Assembly: GCA_020137815.1 (NCBI GenBank)
Contig: CM035351.1
Span: 2,976,001-3,040,000 of the forward strand
Origin: Hormiphora californensis
Taxonomy: Eukaryota; Animalia; Ctenophora
Direction: 5' to 3'
DNA length: 64,000 nucleotides
The notes beneath the pieces are model-generated. The model had not been told where the DNA came from. It searched no databases and worked only from the letters and a program-made list of their open reading frames with translations. The position numbers were made by a program, and so were the translations under genes. Below are positions 1 to 14,644 of the stretch, one piece after another; within the stretch, counting starts at the first letter, position 1, and each line of letters opens with the position of its first letter.

Positions 1-242
1 TCAGAAAGAAAGGGTATCCATATGCTGAAGTCTTTTCGTCAAGCTGAGCTTTCTTTCTCTCCCTGAGTTTCTCTCATTCTCGCCCTCTCTCCTGTTTCCA
101 TCTGTCTGTCTCTATTCTCTCTCCTCTCTTTCTTGTCTTACAATACCCCATCTCCTAAGTCGATTTCTCTAAACGCTCCTCTCAGCCCGAATATATATTA
201 ACTACAATGGGAGAAGGTCACAGAAAAGCATACCCGCTATGT

Positions 243-301
<59 letters not shown>

Positions 302-1966
302 CTTTCTCTCTCTCTCTCTCTCTATCTCAATGTGCAGCCTGTCAGCGGGTTGAGCGTTGTGGCGGCAACATGGCGGCATGTGTCCACTTGACCAATATTT
401 ATGTAGGGAGAGATAGATAGAGAGAGATCCAGGCCCTATACTAGATGAGAGAGAGGGAGAGTGAGATATTGGGCGGACGAGGAGCATTTATGAAGAAGAA
501 GGAAGTTTGTTAGGTAAAAGTGTCAAGCCTTGAAGTGTTTCTCCCCTTACGGAAACCATACCGACAGGGAGGGCTCTCACTACCTCTCTCTCTCTCTTTT
601 TTCTCTATCCCTCTTTTTCTCTCTCTCTCTATCTCTCCCCCTGGCCTCTCTCTCTCTCACACGTGGTCGGTGCGTGTTGAAATGTGGCTTCGCCAAGCAT
701 TGCTCGATCAACTCACTGGGCAACTAGGCGGCCAGTCGTGATGTGCACAGGAGAATATATAATATAGTATTCTCAGGAAGCGTGCTGCTGTGCTGCACCG
801 AAAGTCTGTCCGTGTGACCCAATATTCCCCCGTGTTCGATGCAATAACCTTTCTCTTAACTACAAGAAATGGAATTATTGATCTTTTCTTTGTTTGTTTA
901 AGAAACAACCGGAGAAGGCCCGTTGAGAAGGCGAGGGGGTATGTGGAGCAGAAATGCAGGAAGAAAGAGGGAGGGAGAGAGTGAGTGAGATAAAGAGAGA
1001 GAGAAATGAAAGATGAGACGCACACATAGAGAAACAAGGCGACACAGAGAGCGAAAAGAAAGGAGTAGGGCCTACGAGGAAAACCCCAGAAAGAAAATAT
1101 CACACAGCATAATCTAAACCCCACCTGACCTCAAAACAGGCTTATTATATATCACGTCGCCCCCACCCTCACATAGAACAATAACTTCAGACTGGACAGA
1201 CTATGACTGTTTTATATGCCAATACTGTTTTTATGTAGCATAAATGCTTTTATATATCTCCCAAAAAGAGAGTGTTATGTAAAAGTTTAAAATGTTTTTA
1301 TTCTTTGAGTTGTGGTGTGCGATTATGTATAACGGTGTTAATTTTTTAACGAAATCGTGCTGTCCGTCTTCTTAGAGACTAAATATAATATAAACATATA
1401 TATATAAATATATATAATGCATGTAGGGCATTGTTTTTTGTGCAGTAGGAACTTAATGAGAGAACTATATATACCAAGGGGCATGCTTGTCGTAAGCATG
1501 CCTTATTAAAGCTGGAGGCTGTCAATCAATTTCCCCAAAAGAAGACACTTCTCTCCAGTATACCTATCTTTCTGTCTCTTCTTCCCCTCATTATATCTTG
1601 CTGGTACGTGTGCTGAATTTGTTACTTCCTTGAACAAAAATTTGGAAACCAAAATTTGAAGTTGCCATGTGTGGGATCAATTCTCTTACTCCTACCCCTC
1701 ATACTGCCAAATACAAATTCGTTGCGAAGGAGAGAGGAGGTACCATAGACTTCCATATAATGTTCTTCTAGTTCATTTATTTTTCAGAAACTATTCGCTG
1801 TTCCTTTTCCTAAAAAGTTAACGATTGGCAGCCCCGCTTTATCTTTAATTTACTTTGAGTCCTGTAAACAGAGCCAAAATTCCTCATTCCTTTTTCTCTT
1901 ACGGTTCTGCTTACAATATTGTTTACTTTTATATTTTTTGACGTGTCTCCGCGTGCTCTCTCTCAG

Positions 1967-2297
1967 TGTGGACATAGAGGAGTTTACACCGACAATTTCA
2001 GGTCGTCGGTTCCGGTGCCCACATTGCAACAAGTGTTATGCTTCGTATGACTGTCTCTCCCGACATAAGCGAATCCACACTGGTGCTAACAAGAAAACCT
2101 GTCCACAATGCTATCGATTGTTCTTTCGGGCCGATCACTTTAAGACCCACCTAAGTACATGTACCCGTAAAAATGGCATGAAGAAGCCCTCCGACTTTGA
2201 GGCTGAGGAGGAGTCCAGGATTATCTGGGCGAACTGCATGCACGATCCGGACATGTTCAAAGTCATGGGAAATAGAGATTTTCGAACCGCGATATAA
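1967..2297 (+). CDS. Two-zinc-finger terminal exon A (C2H2 + C2HC); no in-frame ATG before the fingers; putative alternative 3' exon
   Basis: ORF 1938-2297 encodes CPHC..HKRIHTG then CPQC..HLSTC. Pyrimidine tract + CAG at 1964-1966 (phase 2). An alternative TAG at 1975-1977 gives phase 1. Confidence 0.8.
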
Positions 2298-4972
2298 GCT
2301 CCCTTGCCCTTTCATGGGCCAAACGTAATGTATGACCGGACTCGTCTTTTGCAGTACGAAATCTTACTACTGCGTGATTTTTTAACTGACACTTCAACTG
2401 GCTAAACTCATTGCGAAAAGGTTATGTCACCTTTCGACTTTAAATTATAGGTCACGAGATTCCAAAAAGATTGCATCGAGCCTCTCCTATTATTCAGGAT
2501 AATTTGATACTCCTAAATGAACTTTTTGTCATAAAACATCAATAGGTTAATTAAGGAACATGAAATTGTGTTGAAAAATTGGAGACGTTGGATACAAATG
2601 TTGCATCCTGGCCTAAAATCAGAAGTCGAAACGAGAAATATTTTGACGCAATTCGAGTTTAACCAGTATCAGTTAAAAAGTATCACAAAGTAATGTGACC
2701 CGATGGCGATGAAGTCAGAGTGTGTTACTTTGACGATATACCGTCATCAGATCACGTACCAATAGAGAGAAAAAGATCAACGTGGGAAGAGTATATATAT
2801 ATATTTACATAGTGTCCTGTTGCTGATAGCTGAGTCTCAATCGATTGACCGTACCTAGAGTTCGACAGGAGTGGCCGTGTGTCATGTATTGACTGTCGAT
2901 TCTCTTTGCACACTCTTTGCGGTTGCAATCGAGACTAATTGTTTAAAGGATTAATTCTTTACAGGTGCACCCTAAAATTGTTTGATTGGTTGTTAGCACT
3001 GTAGTGCTTTATAACAGTATACAGATATATGTGATATAGATATAAATATGATATATAAATGTGACATCTCAAAAAGGGTGCATCATTTTTCTGCGATTTT
3101 ATGTATGTTTAAGTCATCTGACACTTGTTTTGGGTAATTATTTTCCCTCTTATATCCTTTATTACATACACTATATATATATATATAATGCTCCCACTGT
3201 CTGACCATTACGTTATGGCCCAGGGGGAGAGTGCAGCTGTATTTTAGCACCATGGTCTCCCCAATCCTCAGAAAACAGTTGATATATATATACATGTGGC
3301 ATTTTTTGTCAGGCTGATGTTACATACACAATATAATATATCAATAAGTTATACAATGTACAAAAGTTGAAATACTAACGGATATTGTTTGGTGCTCCTA
3401 GAAAAAGGTAACGTCCTTAGTATGTAAGATCACCCCAGGACACTTTAATATTTCGAGTAATGAAAGACAGTATCTATCTCAACTTTTCTGTGTGAACGAA
3501 TTTCGTTCTAGCACGTGATGTGCACAACTTAGCATGGATTGGTTGTCTAACCATGACCTCTGTCCCTGTTAAGTATTTGGCCGTTCTATCCTCAGATGTA
3601 TTTTTCCCTTTAAACCGAAGTCTTTTACATTATTCTTTGAAAAGACGTAGTGTCTATTATAACTAACGTCCACTCATTTGATTGACCTGTTGCTGTTTAC
3701 TAAGAAGATTTTTACAAAAGGTCCGTTTTTACAAGATACTTCGTCAACCTAGATAGTACGGCCACTATATATTGTTTGTTTGGAAACACCAAATCTAACA
3801 CTGTTTAATTTACGTCTCCAATTTCAAAATCCCAGAACAAGCTAGGTTTTGTTTGAATCATAGATTTGAACTAATCTAGCTTGAGCAATTGTGAAATTGG
3901 TCGCTGACCACTACTGTCGCGGTGGTTTCTGCTATTTTTTGTTTTATTATATCGGTCAGAACCTAGTAGGAGAAAAAAGAGAGATGGTATAGGATCTGTT
4001 ATAATACAGTATAATGCATTCACTTAATGAATGCCGCATTAAGTAAATTTTGGGTAAATACTACTACGAGTATATTACTTCATGTGATTTTTTTCAGTAA
4101 TCATATATCGTATTGTTATATATATTATATATCAGGAAACTTGCTTGGGCCAGTATGAAGTCCCGTCCTTTAATTGCACTATAGAATGCGTCCTCTTTGG
4201 ATACAGGTGTCCAGGATCTATCGGTACACTCTGTTCGCACACTTAGAGTAAGAGTGGATAAAACTTGACGTAAAATTTTGACATGAAATTTTGACACGAC
4301 CGATGGAGCAAAATAAATGATGGAATATGACTTCCCCGAAAGGTGTATCTTGAATTGATGTAGCACATTTTTTACTTTCGACCTTATCATTTTGCGTCAT
4401 TTACTTTGCTCCGTTTGCCTAGCGTATACTTTTTATCCACTCTTACTTTAAGAAAAGGTTTAATCTTCCAGTTTACAAGAGCCAACTTACGTCTTTGAGC
4501 ATGATTGAAACATAATACATTTTCCTAGATTCACTACCATCTGAATTCTAGGAAACCCGTTTTCGAGAGATACAAAAACACAGGCCATTCTTTCGCCGCT
4601 AGATCTTTTTCATAATATGGTTTACTGAATGAAATCAGTCGTCCAGGTGCAGTTTAGTGTGTGTGGATTGGTTTGGTTGTCGCTAGTAATGCAAATATGC
4701 ATTGGCATCACGGCATTCATCTGGTATTCCAATCGTTCACGTGTGTGGACATTATATAAATATGGTTGGGTTCAGAATCGATGGCCTCTCTAATCCACTC
4801 ACTGTTACATCTGGGGGAGAGATTTAGCCCTGCAGGCTCAGTTTCCCATATTGTGATTTACGTAACTAGTTGTGAGAGAAAGGGTCTTGTGAAGTATAAC
4901 TCATGAAAAAAGTGCAATTTTGTCATCATGTTTGTGTCACAGTGGAAACTGCATCGGAAAAAGGGTTGGTTC

Positions 4973-5136
4973 TAGGAGCCGGCGATATCGATATCGAATG
5001 GAATATCGATATTTCGAGTCGATATTATCGGATCAATATCGAATTGAGCCATTTTGATCCTGAAATATCGAATCGATATCGAAAACTTTTGATGATATCG
5101 AATCGAAAAATAAAAGTGGGATATCGCTGGCTCCTA
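4973..5136. mobile_element. Short MITE, TA-flanked, ATCGAT/GATATC-rich interior
   Basis: Terminal inverted repeat taggagcc(g/a)gcgatatc ... gatatcgctggctccta. Confidence 0.7.
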
Positions 5137-5401
5137 GTTGTTTCCCTCAAATATCTCGTTGTAGTCTCTGTGTACATCGTAAAACAAACTGTAAAAGATT
5201 TGTTGAGGCATAGTGTTTCTAAAATGCTTCTTGCCAGAAAAAACGCTTTATAATAAGGGAATAGTTCATCTTGACCAGGAACAAATATTAACAAGGCTAT
5301 TGCAATCTGAATGGACCCCTCTAACGATCTTCAGCAATTGTCACATTTACCATTGGGTGCTAAGGCCTCATTTCTGGGTAAGCGTGGTACCTGTATTTTT
5401 A

Positions 5402-5567
5402 GCCTGAGGCCAAAATCCATCCTTATGAATCTACTAGATTCACACGATTTTGGGAATACGATTGAAACGATTCAGATGCGATTTGAGCTTTTTTTTTGCT
5501 CAAAACTCGTCTGAACCGTTTTAACCGTATAGCCAAAATATTTGTTCTTTTGGGTTTAGCCTCAGGT
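5402..5567. mobile_element. Possible short MITE
   Basis: Imperfect TIR cctgaggccaaaatcca ... tgggtttagcctcagg. Confidence 0.45.
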
Positions 5568-6815
5568 TCAAAATGCAGGTGCTGCACCTACCCGAAAATC
5601 AGGCATTAGCACCTCATGTGACTATAATGGATATCGTTAGAGTGGTCCTTTCAGATTACAATGGCGTTGGAACACTCCAATATTTCTTGTTAAAAAACCT
5701 TGTTGTTTGCCGAATACAGACCAAAGAAGTAACCCATAGAGAGAGAGAAAAGAAGAGTTAGTCTTGATATGATGTTGTTTATCCTAAACTATTTTATCTC
5801 CCTGATACACACCGATCATGAACTGTGTCTGGTTCCGAGACGAATTCACTTTAATAGGGCTGATCATTAGCAGGGGCAATTTAGAACACACTGCTTAGAA
5901 ATGTAGCTAAGCAACCACATGTGAAAAATAAGGCTGAAGTATAAAAGTGCATTGTGGTATTTATCATTCCGACCGCAGCTCCAAGCCCTTTCCCCAATTA
6001 ACACCACTCCAATTTTACACTCCTCGAACCATACACAAGCTTGATATCGGTATAATGTTTTGATTTACTAACATTGAAAAGTCAATACTGAGAGTAATAA
6101 AAACTAGGAAAACACGAGTGATTTTGGTACTTGGAAGTATGAGAGAGATAGACCCCGCTGTTTGTGTTATACTTAATGTTATATGGGTCACTCGAAGAAG
6201 ACATGTATCTCCCCTTATGGCAAATATAGATTTATATATCGCTAATTAAAAGTAACATGTCTCTCTGTTGAAGGAGCTTAAATTCCTTTGATCTCATGTG
6301 TCTTTTTCGAATGGCCTTTTAAGAAAATGAAAGACGCCCCCTGTCCACAGAAAACACAAGTCTGAAATAGTGAGTATCACACACACGTTGCTGTGAGGCA
6401 GCACCACGTACGTTTAATGACGTTCGGCTGTCTCATTGCAATGTGATTTGTGCACTGCTCAATTACCAGAAGTTGCCGGTTATCATCTGATACAGTTTGT
6501 GAAAATGTTTTGACGGTTAAAAAATCCGCGATGACGTATATCAAAGGTGTTTCAAATGGTTCACAAAGAACTACTCTCTGTATAAAACATGTTCACTCCC
6601 TTAGGATAACTATATTTTCAGCAAATATTCCTTCCTGTACCACCAGCAAATCTATATTTCCCCCTGTTTTGTGTGAAGTAGAAATATGCGGTAAATTTTT
6701 TGGTGTAAAAGATCTGATTTTTGACCTTCGTACCAACTTATGAAAAAAAACTAATCATCGTATCTCAATGCACTTCATCTACCACTTGTTCCTTAGAACG
6801 CTACGAAATCACCTC

Positions 6816-6998
<183 letters not shown>

Positions 6999-7391
6999 TC
7001 CCTCCTTTTCATGTTGAGTCACATACACATTCAATGAAGCAAGCCAGTCACACACAGAGGTAGATCAACAAGGAGAGAGAGAGAGCAAGCACATTAAATA
7101 AGTGTGAAGGAACAGTGCAGTGTTCCGTAGAACTGTGTCGACTGGCCTAGTCGTGATGCAAGATAGAGAAGGAGAGAGAGAGAGAGAGATAGATGAGGAG
7201 AGGGAGAGAGAGAGAGATAGAAAGATAGATAAAGAGAGATGATAGCTGCTATAAAGAAGAAAGCCTTTTCATTAGTGATATAGCCTCGCTATTAATTCTC
7301 TTTGAACACGAAAGCTTAGCTTTAGATCCAAGTCCCGGCCCCACTCTCTCTATCTATCTATCTCTATCTCTCGTTCTCTCTTTCTCCCCCT

Positions 7392-7448
<57 letters not shown>

Positions 7449-8322
7449 CCTCTCTCTTTCTCCCTCTCTCTCTCGTCTAGACGTCACATACGATTTCAGT
7501 GATTTGGGGGAAGTTGCAGAAAAATATCATTATCGCTCCATTCTTTTTAAATCACTCTAATTCCGATCTAATTTTTACTCTCCACCATTTTATTCCTCCA
7601 TTCTGTCGATCTCTCTTTCAATTCAACTCTCCCCTTCTTTCTCTCCCTTTAATTTCTCTCTCCCCTCGTATTCTTGTTGTGGGCCCAAATCCCTGGAAAC
7701 AAGACATTGAGAAAGATATGTTGAGAGAGAGAGAGAGAGCAGCGATAGAGATAGAGAGAGAGAGAACACGGCGTACTCATTTTATCGATTGTGCGTTGTG
7801 TGAATGTGCGTGGTCTTCGGAACCTCTAAATTGGATTAGGTTCCCTCGTGTTTGGCCGAGTAAGGGATGGCGAGATAGAGGGGGTGGATTTTATTAGTAA
7901 CCGGCTAGGTCGGAGAGAGAGATCGAGAGATGAGAGATAGATAGAGATATGTAAAGGGAAGGTTCGTTACCAAGGCTGTGTGTGTGGTACGTATATAAAT
8001 ATACATCACATACGACCATATTGCATCTCTATCTATCTACCTCCTCTTTTCTCTATGGCCTACACGCAAAGGCATCAGCGACGCTGTGCTGCTATTTGAG
8101 TCTCACAACTTCCAATATGGCTTCCAGCCGATCTTGCAGGAGGGCGCGGACACTGCGCGTCATATTAAAGTGAACAGTTGTTTACCATTTGTTTGTTGCG
8201 CGCACTGTTCTAGGGACCTACTGGCTGGGATTGAATATTGCGGCCTTCGCAACGTGTATGTGGCTGCCTTCTCACTGTTTCCTGTGTATCATGTGTACAT
8301 ATACGAGAGAGGTTATAACGTT

Positions 8323-8923
8323 GGGGGGGTCCAGCCCTAAAAAAAGCTAAAGGTACCCTGATTTTGGTCGATAGCGTTTTTTATTTTAGCTTTTTTTAGC
8401 TTTTTTTAGCTTTTTTTAGCCCTACTTTTTATGTTTTTTCAGCATTCATCTTGACACTTTTCCATTAAATTTTCATCCTTCCGGACGTCTATTGACTGCA
8501 TTTGTTCATTTCCTGCACATTTTTTACCATAATCTACCGTTTATGTTCATACATAGCAATTTATGTATCCACCCCTACTGCTATTTTCTGGAGACATTTT
8601 TTCGATAAAAATATTATTCAAATTTGATAAAAATAGTTTAAAAAAGTTCAAAAAACGTTATAAAACGTTATAATAAAAGTTTAAAAAATTTGGCGTCAGC
8701 GGGATTCGAACCTATATGAATCCACTAAAAACTCAATTTTAGCTTTTTTTAGCTTTTTTTAGCTTTTTTTAGCCTCAAAAAAGCTAAAAAAAGCTAAATA
8801 AAGCTAAAAAAGCTAAAAAAAAGCTAAAAAAGGCTAAAAAAAGCTAAAAAAAGCTAAAAAAAGCTAAAGGTACCCTGATTTTGGCCGTTAGCTTAGCTTT
8901 TTTTAGGGCTGGACCCCCCCCCC
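8323..8923. mobile_element. MITE with G-run/C-run termini and subterminal 9-mer (AAAAAAGCT) arrays
   Basis: TIR gggggggtccagccctaaaaaaagctaa ... ttagctttttttagggctggaccccccc. AACGTT on both flanks. Confidence 0.8.
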
Positions 8924-9034
8924 AACGTTAAAAAATGTAAAATTTTGTCCCAAAAAAACTAAGTAACAAAACCGGTTGCACATGTGTGGGTAGCACCTCC
9001 ACCCTCCCTCATCCATCCCTGTCTACCTCCCCAG

Positions 9035-9342
9035 ATGTGGCGAACAGCACCTCGTCTTCGGGTTCAGATGAAAAGTTCTACCAATGCCCCTACTGCCCAA
9101 AGGTTTACACAACCACCCAATCACTCCATCGTCATAAGCACTCCCACACGGGGACTAACATGAAGGCGTGCCCGCTGTGCGGGAAGACTTCCTACCGTGT
9201 CGACAACCTCAAGTCCCATATAAGAAACTGTTACAAAAAGCGCCTCCGCCTGGAGACCCACCCGGGAGAGTTACCGATGGACACTGGCAGCGAGAATGGC
9301 ACAGCCCTTGGAGGGTCTGCCGCTGCAGAGGCGTGCGAGTAA
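9035..9342 (+). CDS. Two-zinc-finger terminal exon B (C2H2 + C2HC)
   Basis: Encodes CPYC..HKHSHTG then CPLC..HIRNC. Acceptor ctccccAG at 9033-9034 (phase 1). No in-frame ATG before finger 1. AATAAA at 9476-9481. Confidence 0.85.
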
Positions 9343-10241
9343 TTTCCCAACACGTCCCGGGGTTTAAAATGTGGTAATCATCCTATGGATGGACTTGCCA
9401 ACTCAGTGGAAGAGATTTAGAGAGGCGCTGGCGGCTCTCTCCGCCCCCCTGGAGAGAGTGAGAGTGAGAGAGAGCAATAAATTGTGGTGGAAGAAGAAAT
9501 TGAGTGGCGATGTATCTGTTAACTGAGATCTCGCTACAAGCGCGAGGAGAGTGCATTATTATAAAGTGAGATTTTTAATTCTAGGCTGTATTGGCGAACC
9601 TTACCTAACTCTTTATTACTTATATAAAACCCATAGAAACCCTAGCATGCATTTATTTGTTTCACGCGATGAAATTAGGCCCCCACACCCCCTTTCACCA
9701 TCTGTGTGTTGGGTGAGTGACCCACCCCCTCAACATCAGTTGTTTGAAAGGTGTGTTGGGGGCCTGATCAGGACGGAGTTGTCCTACTAAAAACGAGAAA
9801 GAAGAAACTACTGTTTGTGTTATATTATAACCCTGGATACATTATAGCATTTCTTTTACTTATTATCTTGCTTAATTTTATCCGACTTCTACTGCACTGC
9901 CATGGTCGTACGTGTCTGTTCGAGAGACATTAGTACGAGAGAGGGAGAAAGAGAGAAGCGGTGCAAACTCTCCTGTCCCATGGATGCATGCTTTATTATA
10001 TTGCGTGTGTATGGAGAGAGATATCTGAAATTTTTAACCGTTTTTTTTCAAAACTGTTCAGCTGTGAACTACACTATATATAATAGTTATATACACACAC
10101 TTCTTCAAAAGCCAGCTGAATCTCTTAATTATCATTTTCGGTATAATAAGAGAGAGTATTGCTTTTTCTACAGGTCTTTTAGTTTTACTCTTTTTATCCC
10201 ATCTGTTAGTAGTTAAAATGGCAGTGCCATTCTTTAGTTAA

Positions 10242-10287
<46 letters not shown>

Positions 10288-10759
10288 GAGTGAGAGAGAG
10301 AGAGAGTGAGAGAGAGGCATATCGTGGGAGGTACTGGTAGTTAGAGTCTAAATGTTAGACAGAGTATACGTCGGACGAATATCCAAGTCTAATGTAAAAC
10401 GAGATCAAGCACGACTTCGTAGGGACCAGCAAAGGAGGAGAGTAAGAGAGAGAGTGAGATGAGGGAGAGAGAGAGAGAGAGATATTGTTATATGATACAT
10501 TTTTCTGTATTCAACAGAGGTCTGAGTTGCAACTGTGTCATGTTTTCACCAGCCCCGTCCTTTCAATACCCTAAAAAGTGCGAGGATGGGATTGGTACGA
10601 AAGCTAGACACCTCAATATATATATGATAGTCACATGCAAACATGTTATAAACACTTATATATAAAGTTCGTTAGAATACACCAGTGCCTGCAATATACA
10701 TAATAATGTTTTGGAAGAATGAAGGAAATTTTCAGACAGGGGACTGTAACCTAAAAAGA

Positions 10760-12015
10760 TACCGTTCACCCGGACTTTGTTTATGTAACGGAAACTCAAA
10801 TATATTTTACACATATTGATATTCTTTATTTAGAGCAAAAACTAATTGAAATTAGTTCGCCAGAAAGGTGGCCCATTTTGAACTTACTCCTTCATTTCCG
10901 TCACCTTTGAGTTGAGGCTTCAAAGACATTGAGGTATCCATAAACTTTTCCGCCTTCAACTCAAAGGTGACGGAAATGAAGGAGTAAGTTCAAAATGGGC
11001 CACCTTTCTGGCGAACTAATTTCAATTAGTTTTTGCTCTAAATTTGTACTCTTTTTTGGTCGTTTGAGGTCATTTATGACCTCAAACAACTAAGCTAATT
11101 GTCAACTAAAGTGTTCAAATGTAATTCAAATGTACCTGGGTAATGGGTTGTAGGAAACTGATTTGACGAAATTTTCAAAATTCGACGTCGTTTTGACGTC
11201 GTGACTTCACACGTGACGTCACGACGACGTAAAAAAATATGACAGACTATTCGGTCAATGAAGCACTAAACGTGTGAAAAGTTTTAAAGGCCATGGTAGT
11301 CAAGAACTGAAGTTATTGCACGAAATGTGAGTTTTTATGTTGATTTTCACATCAAATTTTTGAGTTCCGACGCGTTTTAAGGTCTGAAAATGACAAGTTA
11401 GAAAAATTTGCGATAAAGTATCTGAAAGTTCAGACAATTTCCCACTAACGATTTTTCGTCAAATCAGGAATTAGAAAATGTCTTGAGGGTGCTAAAGGCG
11501 TTTGAAAATATTTGGTCTGAGATTTTTCAATGACGTCACTTTGTGACGTCATTACGCCCGTCATAGTGGACATTTTCACTTGAAACCTTAACTAATGCAT
11601 GCCCCGCACGATTTACTAACGGATAAAACTTGGTTCAAGTCTCTAGCTAGTATGGTTCAGGCTACAAGTGTTACACAGTGAAGCGTCTATAGCTATATAT
11701 CTATCTATATATCTATCTATCTATCTCTCGCCACACTGAATTTTCTGTTTTGGGGGTGGTGTCATAACTTGCGACCGGAATGAGCTAGCTACTTGAAATT
11801 TTTACCTTCAGTAGAGGTCTATGTGAAGCTTCTTAGTACCAAATTTCAGCCTCCTAGCTCATCTGGTTCCGGAGTTAGGAGGGGTCGAAAAGTGCCAATA
11901 TGGGCTTAAACTTCAAAATTGTTATATCTACGCTGTTGGCAAGCGGGCCCACTTTTTCGGGAAAAGTTTTTGGGGGGATGGGATGGGGCCACCTTTGCGC
12001 TTGCCAGCGCAGTGA
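10760..12015. mobile_element. Probable non-autonomous Helentron/DINE-like element containing the palindrome above (boundaries approximate)
   Basis: Internal (CTAT)n at ~11695-11725, an imperfect inverted repeat at 11765-11878 (gagctagct..ttgaaattt / aaatttcagcctcctagctc) and a short terminal hairpin gcgcttgccagcgc. The family assignment is an inference. Confidence 0.4.
10828..11043. repeat. Long inverted repeat (~88-bp arms, ~38-bp spacer)
   Basis: atttagagcaaaaactaattgaaattagttcgccagaaagg...gagttga is mirrored at ~10955-11043. Confidence 0.9.
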
Positions 12016-14228
12016 TATATACATATATATGTTAAATATCGGGTTAGAATCGAGTTAGAAATATCCTGATTTAGATAACAAGGTACTGCTGCACCCATGG
12101 ACCCCAAATTCACACTCACATCACACAACATCACACACATATTGTCACACTATGCTGGGATCATTCTCGATCTATCTGCCTCGTGTTTGTGTAACCCACA
12201 CTACTATCAGGGTGGGTGTCGCCCTCTCTTATAGTAACACGTTGTGAAATGAAGCGACGAAGATTGGAGAGTTGAGCGACACACTCCTCTTAGTTACACA
12301 TTCGCATTAGTGACTGAGCTCGCGTCGAGCTAATGTTGTGTGGGAGTGTGTGTTTTTGGGATCTTGGGTACCGGTATAATCTAGACGAAGGGTGTAAATA
12401 GTGTTAGTGGTTGTGTTGTCTGGTTTGGCTCCATTGCAACCTATTCTCGCTCCGCGAAGAATAGGCTCCCGGCCTGTGGACAGCAAGAACTCACGTGCGC
12501 GCGATGTAAAGCACGTTTTCAGCAGTGGGACTATCAAATCGCGCGCGATATACTGTTTTAGCAGGCATTTTTAGCCGACATAGCACTACCAAAATCCCAA
12601 TTACCGCCTCAATTGGCACTTTGATGTATCGGCGGGTATTTTCCCATACTCACAAGGCCATGACGATTCACCCAGTACCCGCAGATTGTCCCAGGACCGA
12701 GTAGGAGCTTGCAGCCAGGTCTTTAAAGAATTGCTCATGTTTAGCGTCAATTTTGACCCACTATTCCTCAAATGCTGATATTCGCGGGTATTTTCCGTAA
12801 AACTAGAGACAATTATCTGCCAGGAGCAACAAACGAGATGCAAATCGGTTCAGTAGTTCCTTGCAGCCAGGTCTTTGAAAAAGTTTGCTCTAAAATCAAT
12901 AACGCGCCGGAGGCCTAGATGTGAGATCGATCTCGGTCGCTGCGCGACCTCGATCTCACTCAGGCATCAATGTGGCCAATTGTCTGGTATGTATTTGACC
13001 CTGCTTCAATTTTCTCATTCCTCGATGAGAGTTGAACGGGTCGGGTACAAACTATAGACCAAAATTGAGAGAGAGGGAATGATAGAGATAGAGAGGGTAC
13101 ACTAGAGTTCAATTTGCAGCATTTTTGTTATTTTTAAAGCAAGAGTGAGAGGTTTTGGCTCTATTTTTGCTGAGTATGGGTACCCGAATGCACAAGATAT
13201 AGATAAGATAGAATGAGAGAGATCTGAGAGGTGACCTTATCTCGTATTCACCTTAGCTAAGGACATCTCGTGATCATAAAACTTCATCCATAAAAATCGT
13301 TTGGAGGGAATTTGCATAATTCGCATAATAATATCGTGTGATCGCTTACACCAAAGCTCAAAACACGATTCTTTATGCATCTTCCACTCCTAATTCGAGA
13401 GTCCGAGGTTTGGTATTATCACTCTAATCAAGCGAGATTCGGTTCACAGAGGGAGAGAGAGAGAGGCCAGGGTGAGAGAGAGAGATATAGAGAGAGAGGC
13501 CAGGGTGAGAGAGAGAGAGAAAGAGAGAAATGGTTATTCAATGCAGAAGCCGCTTAAACTCAGTCAAGTACGGAGCCATACGATTACTAACCGAGAGTTC
13601 ATATGGAGTGATTAATAATAAATAGCACAGTTCAGGCTTCCCAGGACAGAGAGTGAGAGAAATAGAGTGAGAGAGATAGAGTGAGAGAGTGAGAATGAGG
13701 CTATCTTTATATGTTCAAATATTATCATAATATAAGTTCCTAACAATTAACTCCACCCTTTGATTCTATGCCCGGAACATTTATTAACTTATTTAACTAC
13801 CTTAACTAACATAACAAATCCACAAATAATGAATCAGTCTTTACTCATGGCAGTATATGGACCGTAGAGCGAGGTGCAGGGGTACAGCTGTGAGTGGCAG
13901 TACACCCTCGTCCTATAACAGCTCATGAGTCCAGTACCGATACTATAAATTTCCAAATATTATTATTATTCATATAATTTTGTGTGTGAGTGTGTATTTA
14001 TATCTGATTAGCGCGGGAGGGGGAGATAGTTCCCTAGTCAGAATTAAATACGTATTTATTGCGCAAATACGTATTTAAATAGCGCGTAAATACGCTATAA
14101 ATACGTATTTAATACGTATTTTTTGCTAATAAATAAGTAAAAGCCGCGCATTTTGCTCGTGCTGACAATACTAGCGGTGAGTTTTATGCCCAGATTGCAT
14201 GCTTGAGCGCCTTACGTCGCGTAAAACG

Positions 14229-14644
14229 TCTCACCTTCCCTTTCCAGCCCTATCGCCAATTGCTACCCCCTTTCCCGTGCTGTAAACCTTCTGTGAAACA
14301 TCTCACCTTCCCTTTCTAGCCCTATCGCCAATTGCTACTCCCTTTCCCGTGCTGTAAACCTTCTATAAAACATCTCACCTTCCCTTTCCAGCCCTATCGC
14401 CAATTGCTACCCCCTTTCCCGTGCTGTAAACCTTCTATAAAACATCTCACGTTCCCTTTCCAGCCCTATCGCCAATTGCTACCCCCTTTCCCGTGCTGTA
14501 AACCTTCTGTAAAACATCTCACCTTCCCTTTCCAGCCCTATCGCCAATTGCTACTCCCTTTCCCGTGCCGTAAACCTTCTGTAAAACATCTCACCTTCCC
14601 TTTCTAGCCCTATCGCCAATTGCTACTCTCTTTCCCGTGCTGTA
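14229..14644. repeat. Minisatellite, 72-bp unit, ~5.8 copies
   Basis: Unit tctcaccttccctttccagccctatcgccaattgctaccccctttcccgtgctgtaaaccttctgtaaaaca. It appears as a 24-aa repeat in ORF 14332-14607. Confidence 0.95.

Noticed and set aside
8691-8745. tRNA gene
   Set aside because: Only a T-arm/acceptor 3' fragment. No D-arm, anticodon arm or matching 5' stem.
14229-14644. CRISPR-like array or repeat protein ORF 14332-14607
   Set aside because: Head-to-tail 72-bp units with no unique spacers in a eukaryotic context: a minisatellite.
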